Source: Nemertoderma westbladi
Taxonomy: Eukaryota > Animalia > Xenacoelomorpha
Direction of reading: 5' to 3'
Assembly: GCA_032718475.1 (NCBI GenBank)
Contig: JAUCBJ010005655.1
Coordinates: forward strand, 1-34,517
Length of the DNA stretch: 34,517 nucleotides
Part shown: positions 1-10,215 of the stretch, piece by piece
Position numbering within the stretch: the stretch's first letter is position 1
Layout of the letters: each line of letters begins with the position of its first letter
Notes under the pieces: generated by a model
Database searches by the model: none
The model's input: the letters and a program-made list of their open reading frames with translations, nothing else
Told to the model about the DNA's origin: nothing
Translations under genes and position numbers: made by a program

Positions 1-2673
1 CTTTGGTAAAGTAGAGACTACGGCTCCAATAACCATGGAACTCTGATATTCGTGCGACTTACCTAACCAGTCCAGTTGTCTACAAATCTCTTGAATTTCA
101 TCGGAAAACTCTATAATCCCACTACTAAGGAAGTGTCGGGGGGCTACTAATTTTGCATACAAATACTTAGCTATGTTATCCTTGTTACCATACCTGATGT
201 TTAATGTATCCCAAACTTGTCTTAATCCTTCTGGATGTCCAATAAACTTTAACGCCATTAACTTGGGAGGTCCTTCCAAGCACTTGATGAGGAACCTAAG
301 TTTCTCTCCATTAGATAGCACAGAGTTCTGTATGCTGTCTTTGTAATATTCGTTGAAAGGTAACCATTTCATTTCGTCTCCATTGAATTTGACGATCTCT
401 CCCACTTTGACCGCTTGGCGGGCTTCTGTTCTAGCCATCTGACGCGTAAAGCTTTCTTGGGCCATCGTGTTATTTAATATCGAATTATCGGTATACAAAT
501 TTCTCGGATCATTATCAGGTCTATAGGGAATATCATTAATAACAGGTCTATAATCACCCTTAGTAGGGTTTGCTATAGGAGTTTCAACTTCACTAGCAGT
601 ATAGATGCGTGTAGGCTCCACACCTTGCGCATGTAATACTTCAGACCTAACGGGTTGACACAATGTTACAGGGGGCATTGGTATGCCTTTTTGTATATTG
701 ACTAATTTGTCGCGTTCTAGCGCGATACTTTGCTGCACTTCTTGCAACTCTGCTCTACCTTCCCTCACTGTTCCCTTAAGTTGGTGGACAGTCTCCTGCA
801 TCTGTCCTAGCAGAAGATTCATCCCCCGCCGTCCCTCTTCCACCCACTCAACCGCCGAAGCGGGAGTCGCCAACATAGTAGCGGGCTGACGCGGGACGAC
901 GGGAGACAAATTATTGATTTCTCTCTCTGCTATCTGGACAGGGGTATTTGCATGGACTGTTCCACCGGGTACAGGCAGTGTAGTGCTATGTAAAGGGAAT
1001 TTAGAGTTAAGCTCTGGAAGTGTAGGGGTCTCTAGCACAGAAGTGACTTTGGGAACTACAGGCCTAATTATTTCAGGTTCATCGACTATAGTAGGGAGTC
1101 TTTTGACCTGGATAAATTGTTCTATGGGTTCTGCACTACCTAAATCTGTGCTAGTTAGCTGTCTTTTAACAGCTGGGGGCAAATCAGGCAATTTGCGACG
1201 GTAATATGTTTTTCTACGCCTACTTAGATGAGATCTATTTCCTCCGCCTTCAGGGTCGGTAGTATCGCCTTCCTCCGAGGATGTGTACCCCTGGCGCTTG
1301 GGAGTAGATTTTCTCATCATCTGCATTTGATTAGCAGTAAACTGTTTATTTATACTGTCTTGTGTCTCTTGCAGATTTTCCAACTCCAGTTGGGTAGTCT
1401 CCTCAGACGCTCTCCGTTCTGCTTCTGCCACTGTTGCCTTTCTTTCGGCTTCCGCCGTTTTTCTTTCTGCTTCTGCTTCTGCCGCTTTTGCTGCTGCTAC
1501 CCTTCTTCTCTCTATCAGTTCTTTCTTTACTTGCTCTTCTCGGACTCTAGTGAGGCGGAGTTTTTCATCACATTCAGCTTGGTTTGCAGCTAACATTTCG
1601 GCATCGATTGAGTCCAACACAAGCTTGGTTCCTTCACTATTAGGGGAAAGTCCGGACAGCCGTCTCCTCAACTCTTCGTCTCCTAGGAATCGCTGATAGT
1701 CGGACAAATAAATGTCGATAGCGTCTCTAGTTCGCGGTTTCTCGGCGGTCTCTTCGCTTTCAGCTTGAGAAAGGGTGATATCAGTTTGTTCTTCACAGGT
1801 TGATCTCTCAGCCAGCTGGGATTTCCTCTGGGCCGTTTCCTGTACTTTGAGATCTACCCGATGTAACCAAGTTTTGACAGCAACCTGCAGCGACGTGTCC
1901 TGTCTTCTTTTGGAAGTTTCCTCAAAGGCTGAGAGGATTAGTCGAATGCGTAGGGTTCTTTCGCGTACTTGGTATAGCAGCTCTTCCTGCTCTTGAGGTC
2001 CTTGAAGTTGTCGAAACAGTTGTTCTTCCAATCGCTCCAAGGAGCCGAAGAATCCCTGCACATATCCTGCTGCCGACCTCTTCCAAACAGCTGGATCCAT
2101 TGTATCTTTTGCTACTCCCATCCTGTGTATTTCTTCCCAAGTAGCCTCGGACAGGTCCAACGGGAGTCCGAGTCCGGGAAAGTTCCATTGTGATTCAACA
2201 ATAGATATCAATTCTTCCCTGGCGTATCCCGCATAATTATCTTGGGTCGCTCGCTTATTCCTCGCCCAGTCGGCTTGATGTTCCTCCACCGCAATGAATA
2301 TCGTAGTTAGCACTGCAGCGGGAAGGGTAAGAAGGGGGTCCGAGTAGACTGTAGCAGCCATCTGCACTCCGCATTCGGGGGTCAGCTCTACAGTATCCGA
2401 ACTGCTGGAGCTATCTGGTCTCTGGGAAGTAGGTTCTTGACCAAGATGTTGCTGCGATAGGACAGCTGCCTCTTGGTCCCGTTTTACCTGTGCTCGAGTG
2501 CCTATGATGGACCTATGGTGGACTAGCCTAGGGTCTGATACTACTGGAGGGATGACCTTTTTTACAGTAGGAGGTGAGCCGAACTCCTTTCTTATTCGCT
2601 CTACACTCCTATCTGAATCACAAATAGTTGTATCGATCAGACTGTCTGAAAGGTTTTGCTGAGTGTCAGACAT
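1..2673 (-). CDS. BEL/Pao Gag(-Pol) polyprotein, N-terminal 891 codons (partial, no stop in window)
   Basis: Manual translation from ATG at 2673 (in-frame TAA three codons upstream) stays open to base 1: MSDTQQNLSDSL..., an A/E/R/K coiled-coil stretch (AAAKAAEAEAERKTAEAERK), then IVKFNGDEMKWLPFNEYYKDSIQNSVLSNGEKLRFLIKCLEGPPKLMALKFIGHPEGLRQVWDTLNIRYGN, the BEL gag DUF1759 pattern. Absent from the ORF track because it lacks a stop. Confidence 0.9.
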   Translation of the reverse strand, partial: MSDTQQNLSDSLIDTTICDSDRSVERIRKEFGSPPTVKKVIPPVVSDPRLVHHRSIIGTRAQVKRDQEAAVLSQQHLGQEPTSQRPDSSSSSDTVELTPECGVQMAATVYSDPLLTLPAAVLTTIFIAVEEHQADWARNKRATQDNYAGYAREELISIVESQWNFPGLGLPLDLSEATWEEIHRMGVAKDTMDPAVWKRSAAGYVQGFFGSLERLEEQLFRQLQGPQEQEELLYQVRERTLRIRLILSAFEETSKRRQDTSLQVAVKTWLHRVDLKVQETAQRKSQLAERSTCEEQTDITLSQAESEETAEKPRTRDAIDIYLSDYQRFLGDEELRRRLSGLSPNSEGTKLVLDSIDAEMLAANQAECDEKLRLTRVREEQVKKELIERRRVAAAKAAEAEAERKTAEAERKATVAEAERRASEETTQLELENLQETQDSINKQFTANQMQMMRKSTPKRQGYTSSEEGDTTDPEGGGNRSHLSRRRKTYYRRKLPDLPPAVKRQLTSTDLGSAEPIEQFIQVKRLPTIVDEPEIIRPVVPKVTSVLETPTLPELNSKFPLHSTTLPVPGGTVHANTPVQIAEREINNLSPVVPRQPATMLATPASAVEWVEEGRRGMNLLLGQMQETVHQLKGTVREGRAELQEVQQSIALERDKLVNIQKGIPMPPVTLCQPVRSEVLHAQGVEPTRIYTASEVETPIANPTKGDYRPVINDIPYRPDNDPRNLYTDNSILNNTMAQESFTRQMARTEARQAVKVGEIVKFNGDEMKWLPFNEYYKDSIQNSVLSNGEKLRFLIKCLEGPPKLMALKFIGHPEGLRQVWDTLNIRYGNKDNIAKYLYAKLVAPRHFLSSGIIEFSDEIQEICRQLDWLGKSHEYQSSMVIGAVVSTLPK

Positions 2674-2809
2674 GTTTAGTTATACAGTTGAATGTCTACT
2701 ACTATATTTTCAGTTAAAGCAAGTCTAGTAATTCAGTATGACCGCAAGCCTAGCGATTTATTACCGGTACCGTTACTCAGTGTAACGTGATATATATACA
2801 ATATATTAG

Positions 2810-3055
2810 AATACCGGTATGCTTACAATATATATAAGTATTATTACAGACTAGGTTTGTCACAGAGTACCGGTATATTATTTTAGCACAAATATATATA
2901 TATATATAGTAGGCCTATAGTGAACACCGGTATACAGCTGACACTTATAGTATATAAGTATAATTATGAATTAGAATTAATTACAGAGTACCGGTATGAT
3001 TTCAGCTCAAATTTATAGAAATAAATATAATAAGCCTATGGTAAATACCGGTATG
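2810..3055. repeat. Degenerate ~120-bp tandem duplication in the element 1 leader
   Basis: tatataagta at 2831 and 2951; acagagtaccggtat at 2862 and 2983; repeated taccggta cores. Confidence 0.7.
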
Positions 3056-4042
3056 TCAATTATCAATTATTTTTAGAATAATTGAATTTCCGAATATTTT
3101 AGGGTTACTTAGTTACTTTAACTTACTTTATTACCGTTATTTAAGCAGTAGTCCAACTGACAGTGAGACCTAGTTGTCGTATGGCAGGCCTACTATTTAT
3201 AAATCGTTTGATTTGATTTATAATATTTATATACCCGTTTAAATGGGTTTTTTGTCAATATTTGAAATAAATGTTATTATTTCTGGGGGTCACTACACAG
3301 AAGCTGTGCGCTCTCAGTGAAGTGCTATTTATTTGACACTAAAACTGATAATTCTAATTTACCTAAGTTACTTAATTACTACAAATTACTTACGATACGG
3401 GTGAGATTAATTCTCTAGTTAAACACAACAAAAATATTACGTACGAAATTTTTAGGGTAATTTTACAGGAAGTCTACAAACCAGCCTAACAAAGGGTTAG
3501 AATTCTGGTTATTACAACTGACAGGGTACTACGGTATTTGAAATAATAAGTAGTAGTAAATATATTGTACTGTCCAGATAGGAAAATACCACCGCCTGAC
3601 GACCTATAACCGTATCGCTATAGGTACTACGTTATGTATCACGGATTGTTCCTACCCAGAAGCTAATAGAGCTAACGAATGTGCCTATCAACCACTTTAC
3701 AACACAAATATACTGCCTACACTAATTACTTCGGAAAGCACTGTACACTAAACCCTAAATTAGGTACAAGTACCGGTATAACAAATAATCAGTAGTTAAA
3801 TATACTTGAACAGTTAAAAGAACCACGGCATCTGCTGGAGTGACCGAAGCACAAAGTCACCAGTCTTGTCCTACGCCAAGCAGCCCGTGTAGTACCGGGG
3901 TTAATTTAACTATAACGGTATGTATAACAAGCACAATTACTGTAGGGATAAACTTGGGGACATGAATGTTGCGAATAATCGCATAAACTCTGAATAATAA
4001 ATATTACGCTACCCGTACAGAATACTCACACAAAATACAAGC

Positions 4043-4567
4043 CAAACGCTGGCAGACTACTATTAAGCCTAAACAAACTACAGTATGTGCAGATTCTGAA
4101 ACTGTTAGTTAGTATGCGTTCTAACACGGTAGTACGACTTACTCTTTAAGAGGGGATTGACCTTACCGCTTATGGCTGCCCCAACTTACTAACGGCACTT
4201 GATCAGACCAACTCTACACACGCAGCAATCCCTTCAGACCCAAAAATAGCCAGACAACAATCCAGCCTACAAATATTTGAGTAATAACTATTACGGTACC
4301 TGAACAGACCACACAAACAAACACAGGCTAAAACACTGGCAGACTACGATCAAGCCTAAATAAACTACAGTATATGCAGACTCTGAAACTGTTAGTTTGT
4401 ATGCGTTCTAACACGGTAGTACGACTTATTCTTTAAGAGGGGATTGACCTTACCGCATATGGCTGCCCCAACTTACTAACGGCACTTTATCAGACAAACT
4501 CTACACACGCCGTAATCTCTCCAAACTCAACAACAGTCAGACAGCAGCTCAGCCTACAATTATCTGA
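4043..4567. repeat. 287-bp-period direct duplication in the element 1 leader
   Basis: ggcagactac at 4051/4338 and aggggattga at 4151/4438. The ~105-bp core differs at about 3 positions; the flanks are more diverged. Confidence 0.9.
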
Positions 4568-4850
4568 ACAATCTGAGCAGGGTCACACGCCTTCTGCTCA
4601 ATATTAGCCTACTAGGAAATAAAACCGACAGAAATAGACCTAAGTAAAATCCCAATAAAAACCAGGCGTCCCCGATTTAATATCGAGACCTACCGGTATA
4701 CAATAATCAAAATCGAATAATACTAAATGTACTTGTACAGCAGTACCGGTACCGGTGATGACAGTTAGGCCTACTGACCTACAGAAGCACCGGTTCAGTT
4801 TTACCAGTCACTACGGTATTTTGCAACCTTATTGCCTACTGCAATAAGAT

Positions 4851-4863
4851 TATAAACTGTTAC
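4851..4863 (-). promoter_or_regulatory. Putative non-tRNA primer-binding site of element 1 (GTAACAGTTTATA)
   Basis: Directly follows the inferred LTR end ...GAGAACA on the minus strand. Exact reverse complement of 5627-5639 inside the same LTR. Confidence 0.65.
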
Positions 4864-6121
4864 TGTTCTCGCTTTTGAAGACCTTTAGCAGTTTAACCTG
4901 CCAAAATTTATATGTCTTTTAGTTAATTAAAACACCTTTAGCATACGACAACAATTTATGCTAATAAACAAAACATTACCCGAAGTCAGCCCATGCGCGA
5001 TCATTCACCCGATGGATCTACACCCGGGAGGCTGAATTCGGCTGCTTAAATTTTATTATTGCAGTGTAAGGTTGCAGTGTATACCTACTGTATTATTCGA
5101 TAGATCGTTAATAATTAATCTCTGACAGATATTATTGGCTTTCGGGAAATATTAACAGTTCCTTTAGGACGTGGCGCTTTATCTATTTAAACAGAACTAA
5201 GACTTATACTAAAACGCAACGATACTGCTTATGATTAAAGTATAAAGCGTATTCTTTAGGAAATACTTTGTTACCAATCACAATCATACACACTATTCTG
5301 CCGACAGTCAGTATATTTGATCACACATAAAGAGAGCAACAATTGACTCACGTAGGGTCTGCTAAATAACATTGGATTCAATACACACCACATTAATATA
5401 AATCGCAATTGTTATGTATAGCCGGTCTCTCTAACCTGTAGTGTATCAAGAAAATTGGGAATTTGGGTGATTTATCCGTATTATCCAAAGAGCAATATTT
5501 CCATCAACAAATAGGTACAATTAATAACTGACGGTAAAATAACAGTACAAACAATATGATTAATGCAATTAAATTAAGTGAGTATGTTACTTAGTGAGAT
5601 TAGATGAGTTAATGAGATTCGATTCGGTAACAGTTTATACTTTCGATAATTTAAGCAGTTTTACTAGAGTTCTTCCCAAAAAGCCGGTGTTTCTGGCTTA
5701 GACAGCAATAACAACAAAGTATCAAGTAAAAGCAGTAAGACTGAACACTCTCCTTATGATCGGCTGAAAAGCTACACGTCGACAGGAAAAATCGCTCTGA
5801 TTGGCTCAAGCCAAACAAAGAACCATGCGTCCAATGGCTGTTTCCATGTCAGCAACCAGCTGTTAGATGTCGTAATATGAATCATCATGGCTAAGCTGTG
5901 AAAGGTAGTTGGTGCATTACAGGTTTTTTGCCTTACCATGTCCGCCAAAACACGTATATAGCAGAATGACTTTTATGTCCGTTAAAACACCTGTAACGGT
6001 ACCTTGCGGGCGAGGGGAATATATATACAGTTAGAGAACCTTTCTAGAGTATTCCAGCGCCTGGGGGGAAACTGGATTGCGAAGCAAAAGGGGCCAGTTA
6101 TATCCCACAGAAGCTTTTACA
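4864..6121 (-). repeat. 5' LTR of element 1 (~1258 bp)
   Basis: Starts TGTAAAAGC where BEL pol homology of element 2 stops and ends ...ACA before GTAAC. Contains CCAATCAGAG (~5796-5804, also present in the element 2 LTR), Inr-like TCAGTC (5744-5739) and AATAAA (~5057-5052). The partner LTR is outside the window, so the boundaries are inferred. Confidence 0.6.
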
Positions 6122-9100
6122 GGTACAACTATGCTGTTGTTGTATCCCACCCTAGAATTCATTACTAGAATCCCGTCGTCATTGAGTTGTGGCGACAGCG
6201 TAATCAGCTTGCTGTCCCGTCGGAGGTGCTGTTGGTTACCGACGCGTTCCACCTCGTCGCCGTAGTTCTTCCGTTGTTCATAGCGGATCACTGCCTTGGC
6301 CGCTCCTTCCAGATCTATGGTTGTCCTGATCTTCTTGTCCTTGCCAACTCCCGCAAGGAAATTCCCGAAGGCTCTCCAGTACGCCACTAGTTTCTTGGTC
6401 TTATACCAACCAGAACTGTAGCTGAGGAGTTTATCCGTCGGGTTATCGCACAGTTCCCGTCCTGGTTGCACGTCCCTAATCTCCCTCACCATCTGGGAGT
6501 ATATCTCTTCTCCCTCTGAATCTCCCTCTTCTCCCTCTGACACTACTTCTGAGCCCGAGTCCACCTTTCTCATCGGTGGCCAGGCCTCCTTATCGCTCAG
6601 AAATTGTGGCCCATGTTGCCACAATACTTCCTTCTTCAAGAAAGTGTGGCGTACCACGCCCCTTGACAACAAGTCCGCTGGGTTATCGTCTGTTGGGCAG
6701 TAGTGCCACCTTTCCAATTCTGTACTCGCCCTTATTTCGTCCACTCTATTCGCGACGAATATCGGGTATCTCGTCCTTTCGTTGTGTAGCCAACCAAGCA
6801 CTACCATGGAGTCCGTCCAGTAGTGTGTCTCCACTATGTTGGGAATAGTATCCACTAGGTAGGCTGTGGCTCTTACTCCTAGTCTCGCGGCTGTCAATTC
6901 TAACTTAGGAACTGATGCTGAATCTGGTGGCGTTGACTTTGCTTTGCTAAAGGCTAGTCTTGGCTTATGAGCCCCCTCTCGTTGTACTAAGTAGAGTGCC
7001 GCTCCGTACGCTTCCAACGACGCGTCGGAGAACATGTGTAGATCCAGATTCGTCATGTTCCCATCCGGGAAATACACCCGTGGCATGTTGTATGTTCCCA
7101 TCTTCTCCAAGTCTCCTGTCCACTTGCTCCACTGCTTCTTGATTTCCTCTGGTACCTCTACGTCCCATTCATCTTTCAATTTGTATACTCTCTTGAGTAT
7201 CTGTTTCCCCGTGACTAATAATGGGGATGCTAGGCCTAGGGGATCGTATATCCTTGCTATATACGATACATAACCCCTCTTCGTGTGGATGTCTGCGCCC
7301 TCCTGGCTCAGCTGATACTTCAGTTCGTCTGTCTCTCTATCCCACACGATTCCCAATGCCTTCTGCTGAGATTCTGTTCTCTTAATCGCCATGTCCTGCC
7401 CTTTGGCTGTTGTGGGATTATCCATGGTCGATTCTGGCTTCCTGTCCTCTATGGCTTTGATAAATTCTTCCGAACTGGATTGGAATTTGGTCAGGTTAAA
7501 GCCGGATCCCTTTAGGATGTCGCGAACCTCGCGCCCTGTATCCAGTATCTCCTTAACCGTATTTCCAGACTCCATTCCGTCGTCTACGTAGAAGCCGCGT
7601 CGAATCATATCGACGGCCCTACCGCGGTATCTATCTTCCTTCCCCTTTACTGTGTCTCTCACTGCCATAGTTGTCGTAAATGAAGACGACTTGGCCCCCA
7701 TGTTCTGTACTACCATTTTATATGCCGGTATTATCGACGGTTCTTCCTCGCCGTTATACCATAAGAAGCGCTGACTGTCGCTATCTTCTTCCGTTACACG
7801 GACTTGGTTGAACATGCCTTCTATGTCACACGTGAAGGCGTGTTTCCCATTTCTAAATCTAAGTAACACCTCTATGCCTGAATTGTATATGTTTGGGCCT
7901 TCTAACAGGTAGTCGTTTAAGCACTTTCCGTCGGTCTTTGCCGATGCGTCGACTACCATCCTTAGTTTACCTTTCTTTGGATCTAAAGCCACGTGCAGTG
8001 GCAGGTAATATGTCCTATCCGTGTTCGGCTCGTCGACCGGTAACTCCACGGCCCATCCTTTCTCGACGTACTTCTTAATTGTTCTGTGGATGTACTCATT
8101 CTTCTCGGGGCTCCGTTTTAGTGTTTGTTTCAGTTTGCGGAGTCTCGTGAGTACCATCCCCCTATTGTCGGGCAGCGGTATCTTCGGTAGTTTCCATACC
8201 ATTCCTATAGTATACCGTCCCTCATCGCATGTCATTGATTCCTCCACGCTTTGTAGAGCCTGCTTGTCTTCTACTGAGGTCCCGACTCCGGTTTCTTTCA
8301 GTCCCTCGAAATCCTGTCTGAGCAGTCTTTTAAGCTGCTCCTCTGCTCCCTCGTCACCCATTTCCTGCATTGTTCCCGTGAACATGCATCCTGATGTCTC
8401 CGACATCCTAAATGGTATCTTGCTCTTAATTGGACCACTCAGCGTCCACCCGAATGGTGTTAATATTGCCACCGGGTCACTTTGCTTGTCTTCGCCGAAG
8501 ACCGTTTGCATTCTTTCGTGGGCCGTTGGGCAGTCCATGCCTACTATGATGGACACCTTCCTAACGTCCACGTCTGGGATTGAGAAGTCAATGTCGTCCA
8601 GGAATTTATACTGCTCGACCTCGATGTTGGTTGGTCGCCTGGCATTAATATTAATTGACTCTATCACTTGGATGGGGTCGATGGTTGCCCCATAGTCGCA
8701 TCCTGGTGCCACTGCTGCAATTGCGCACCGTCCTGTTCTCATCTCTAGGATCTCATCTTTGCTAGAGATGGTTGTTACCGCCATCCTGCTTGGCCTCGTT
8801 CTCAATCCTATCTCTTCGGCCACCCATTCCTCGACTAATGTGAAGGCAGCTCCACTATCAACCAGCATTAGTGTTGTTACTGATCGATTGCCTTCCCCGA
8901 TTACTCGCACTGGTACTACTCCAAGTAACACTGTTCCCCTCTTCTTCGCCCCTACTGTGCTGGTCGCCATCGTTTGGCCTCTCCTTTGACCAAATTTTAT
9001 TGGCTTCTCCTTGCACTCCCTTGCTCTATGTCCACTCATTACACATCGCGAGCAGATTTTATTGCTGAACGCATAATCTATCTGATCCTGCCTAGGTAGC

Positions 9101-10215
9101 GCCTGCCAGTACCTGCAGTTCATGGTTTGATGAAGCGCATTTGCGTGTAGCTGGCATTTGCTCTTTGGGTCGTAGCCCTCTTTATACAGTGCATTGCGTA
9201 TCGCAGTTGCGTTTGTACCAAAGTCCCTACTATTCTTATTGTTTGGATTTAGCCTACTGGGCGTACTGGGGTTATGTTTATTCGTGTTGTTATTGTTTCC
9301 CTGTCCGCTCCATGGTGTTGTCTTTTCTTCGGCTAGCTGTGGACTTGCAGTCCCCTGCGTCGCTGCATATGGCAATGATTGCCTGAGTCTCGGTAATGCG
9401 TTTGATGTGTTGTGCTCTGGTTTCGGTCTATGGTAGTCTGTCTTCGGTCCCTTTCCCAGGCTATCTTCGCTATAGACTGGGTCAGTTATTAGTTCAGCCT
9501 CGTAGTTTAAGAAGTTTGACATTTCTTCTAAACCCGGTTCCGCACCCTTCTTATCTCGAGTGGAGAAGGCGATTTTTCTCCACTTGTTGCGCAGCCAGTT
9601 TGGCAGTGCCTGCGCTATCGTGGTGATGTTGTTGGACGCATTGAGCTCGTATGGCGCGTCTAGCGTCTTCAGCACGATTAGCGCCTTTTCGACTTTGTTA
9701 GCGAACGTCTTAATGCTAACGGGATTATCCTGTAGGCCACCCGATGTTATGCCTCTCAGCGTCTGCCTGATGATCTTGGCCGGGTGCCCGTATTCCCTAT
9801 CCAGTGCCCGCCATGCTGTCGTGAAGCCGCCCTCTATTCCTTGATATTGCCTCACGATGTCGTATGCTGGGCCTCCCGTGTGCACTTGTAGATACTTTAG
9901 GCACTCCGCCTGCGTCAAGTTTTTTGTTAATATTTCGTTACTATACATGCGCCGAAACTGTAGGTATTCTTCCGGCCTGCTCCCATCGAATTTGAATGGT
10001 TCCACGGGTGGTAGCTCAATCCTCGTTTTCAACGCATCGATCAACGTGGCCATCCCCATCGCCTGTGCTTCCAATGGATTCGATGGGTGCTGTATAGTTT
10101 CTCCTGTCTGGTGCGTTCCGTCTGTCCTATTTCTTGACTTTCTCTGACTCGGGTATGTCATTGGGGGTAGCGGCCCCCTCCATATTTCTGTGTCACACGA
10201 CCTATTCTCATCCAA
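6031..10215 (-). CDS. BEL/Pao Gag core-protease-RT-RNase H polyprotein (frame stays open to ~10282; last ~30 codons are read-through into the inserted LTR)
   Basis: DUF1759-like PFKFDGSRPEEYLQF...AWRALDREYG; knuckles CQLHANALHQTMNC and CSRCVMSGHRAREC; protease LVDSGA; RT YYLPLH..KLRMVVDAS..LNDYLLEGP..DIEGMFNQV..FYVDD; Pao-type RNase H FSDAS..PKLEL..WTDS..FVANRV..NPADLLSRG..WQHGPQFL. No integrase HHCC or DDE motifs. Confidence 0.93.
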   Translation of the reverse strand: MDENRSCDTEIWRGPLPPMTYPSQRKSRNRTDGTHQTGETIQHPSNPLEAQAMGMATLIDALKTRIELPPVEPFKFDGSRPEEYLQFRRMYSNEILTKNLTQAECLKYLQVHTGGPAYDIVRQYQGIEGGFTTAWRALDREYGHPAKIIRQTLRGITSGGLQDNPVSIKTFANKVEKALIVLKTLDAPYELNASNNITTIAQALPNWLRNKWRKIAFSTRDKKGAEPGLEEMSNFLNYEAELITDPVYSEDSLGKGPKTDYHRPKPEHNTSNALPRLRQSLPYAATQGTASPQLAEEKTTPWSGQGNNNNTNKHNPSTPSRLNPNNKNSRDFGTNATAIRNALYKEGYDPKSKCQLHANALHQTMNCRYWQALPRQDQIDYAFSNKICSRCVMSGHRARECKEKPIKFGQRRGQTMATSTVGAKKRGTVLLGVVPVRVIGEGNRSVTTLMLVDSGAAFTLVEEWVAEEIGLRTRPSRMAVTTISSKDEILEMRTGRCAIAAVAPGCDYGATIDPIQVIESININARRPTNIEVEQYKFLDDIDFSIPDVDVRKVSIIVGMDCPTAHERMQTVFGEDKQSDPVAILTPFGWTLSGPIKSKIPFRMSETSGCMFTGTMQEMGDEGAEEQLKRLLRQDFEGLKETGVGTSVEDKQALQSVEESMTCDEGRYTIGMVWKLPKIPLPDNRGMVLTRLRKLKQTLKRSPEKNEYIHRTIKKYVEKGWAVELPVDEPNTDRTYYLPLHVALDPKKGKLRMVVDASAKTDGKCLNDYLLEGPNIYNSGIEVLLRFRNGKHAFTCDIEGMFNQVRVTEEDSDSQRFLWYNGEEEPSIIPAYKMVVQNMGAKSSSFTTTMAVRDTVKGKEDRYRGRAVDMIRRGFYVDDGMESGNTVKEILDTGREVRDILKGSGFNLTKFQSSSEEFIKAIEDRKPESTMDNPTTAKGQDMAIKRTESQQKALGIVWDRETDELKYQLSQEGADIHTKRGYVSYIARIYDPLGLASPLLVTGKQILKRVYKLKDEWDVEVPEEIKKQWSKWTGDLEKMGTYNMPRVYFPDGNMTNLDLHMFSDASLEAYGAALYLVQREGAHKPRLAFSKAKSTPPDSASVPKLELTAARLGVRATAYLVDTIPNIVETHYWTDSMVVLGWLHNERTRYPIFVANRVDEIRASTELERWHYCPTDDNPADLLSRGVVRHTFLKKEVLWQHGPQFLSDKEAWPPMRKVDSGSEVVSEGEEGDSEGEEIYSQMVREIRDVQPGRELCDNPTDKLLSYSSGWYKTKKLVAYWRAFGNFLAGVGKDKKIRTTIDLEGAAKAVIRYEQRKNYGDEVERVGNQQHLRRDSKLITLSPQLNDDGILVMNSRVGYNNSIVVPVKASVGYNWPLLLRNPVSPQALEYSRKVL

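Larger units (their letters stand above)
1..6121 (-). mobile_element. BEL/Pao LTR retrotransposon 'element 1', 5' part (5' LTR, long leader, gag); continues beyond the left edge
   Basis: Minus-strand gag ORF with a DUF1759-like BEL capsid motif. LTR-like segment bounded by TGT (6121) and ACA (4864). It interrupts the pol ORF of element 2. Confidence 0.85.

Noticed and set aside
683-2193. Short plus-strand ORFs and the 88-aa minus ORF over element 1 gag
   Set aside because: Antisense or alternate-frame shadows of the 891-codon gag frame, with no recognisable motifs.
4976-4995. CA|TGGGCTGACTTCGGG on the minus strand as LTR end plus tRNA PBS
   Set aside because: It does not resemble a tRNA 3' end I recognise and it is one arm of a local hairpin. 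The ACA|GTAAC junction at 4864 is shared with element 2 and supported by the 13-nt complementarity.
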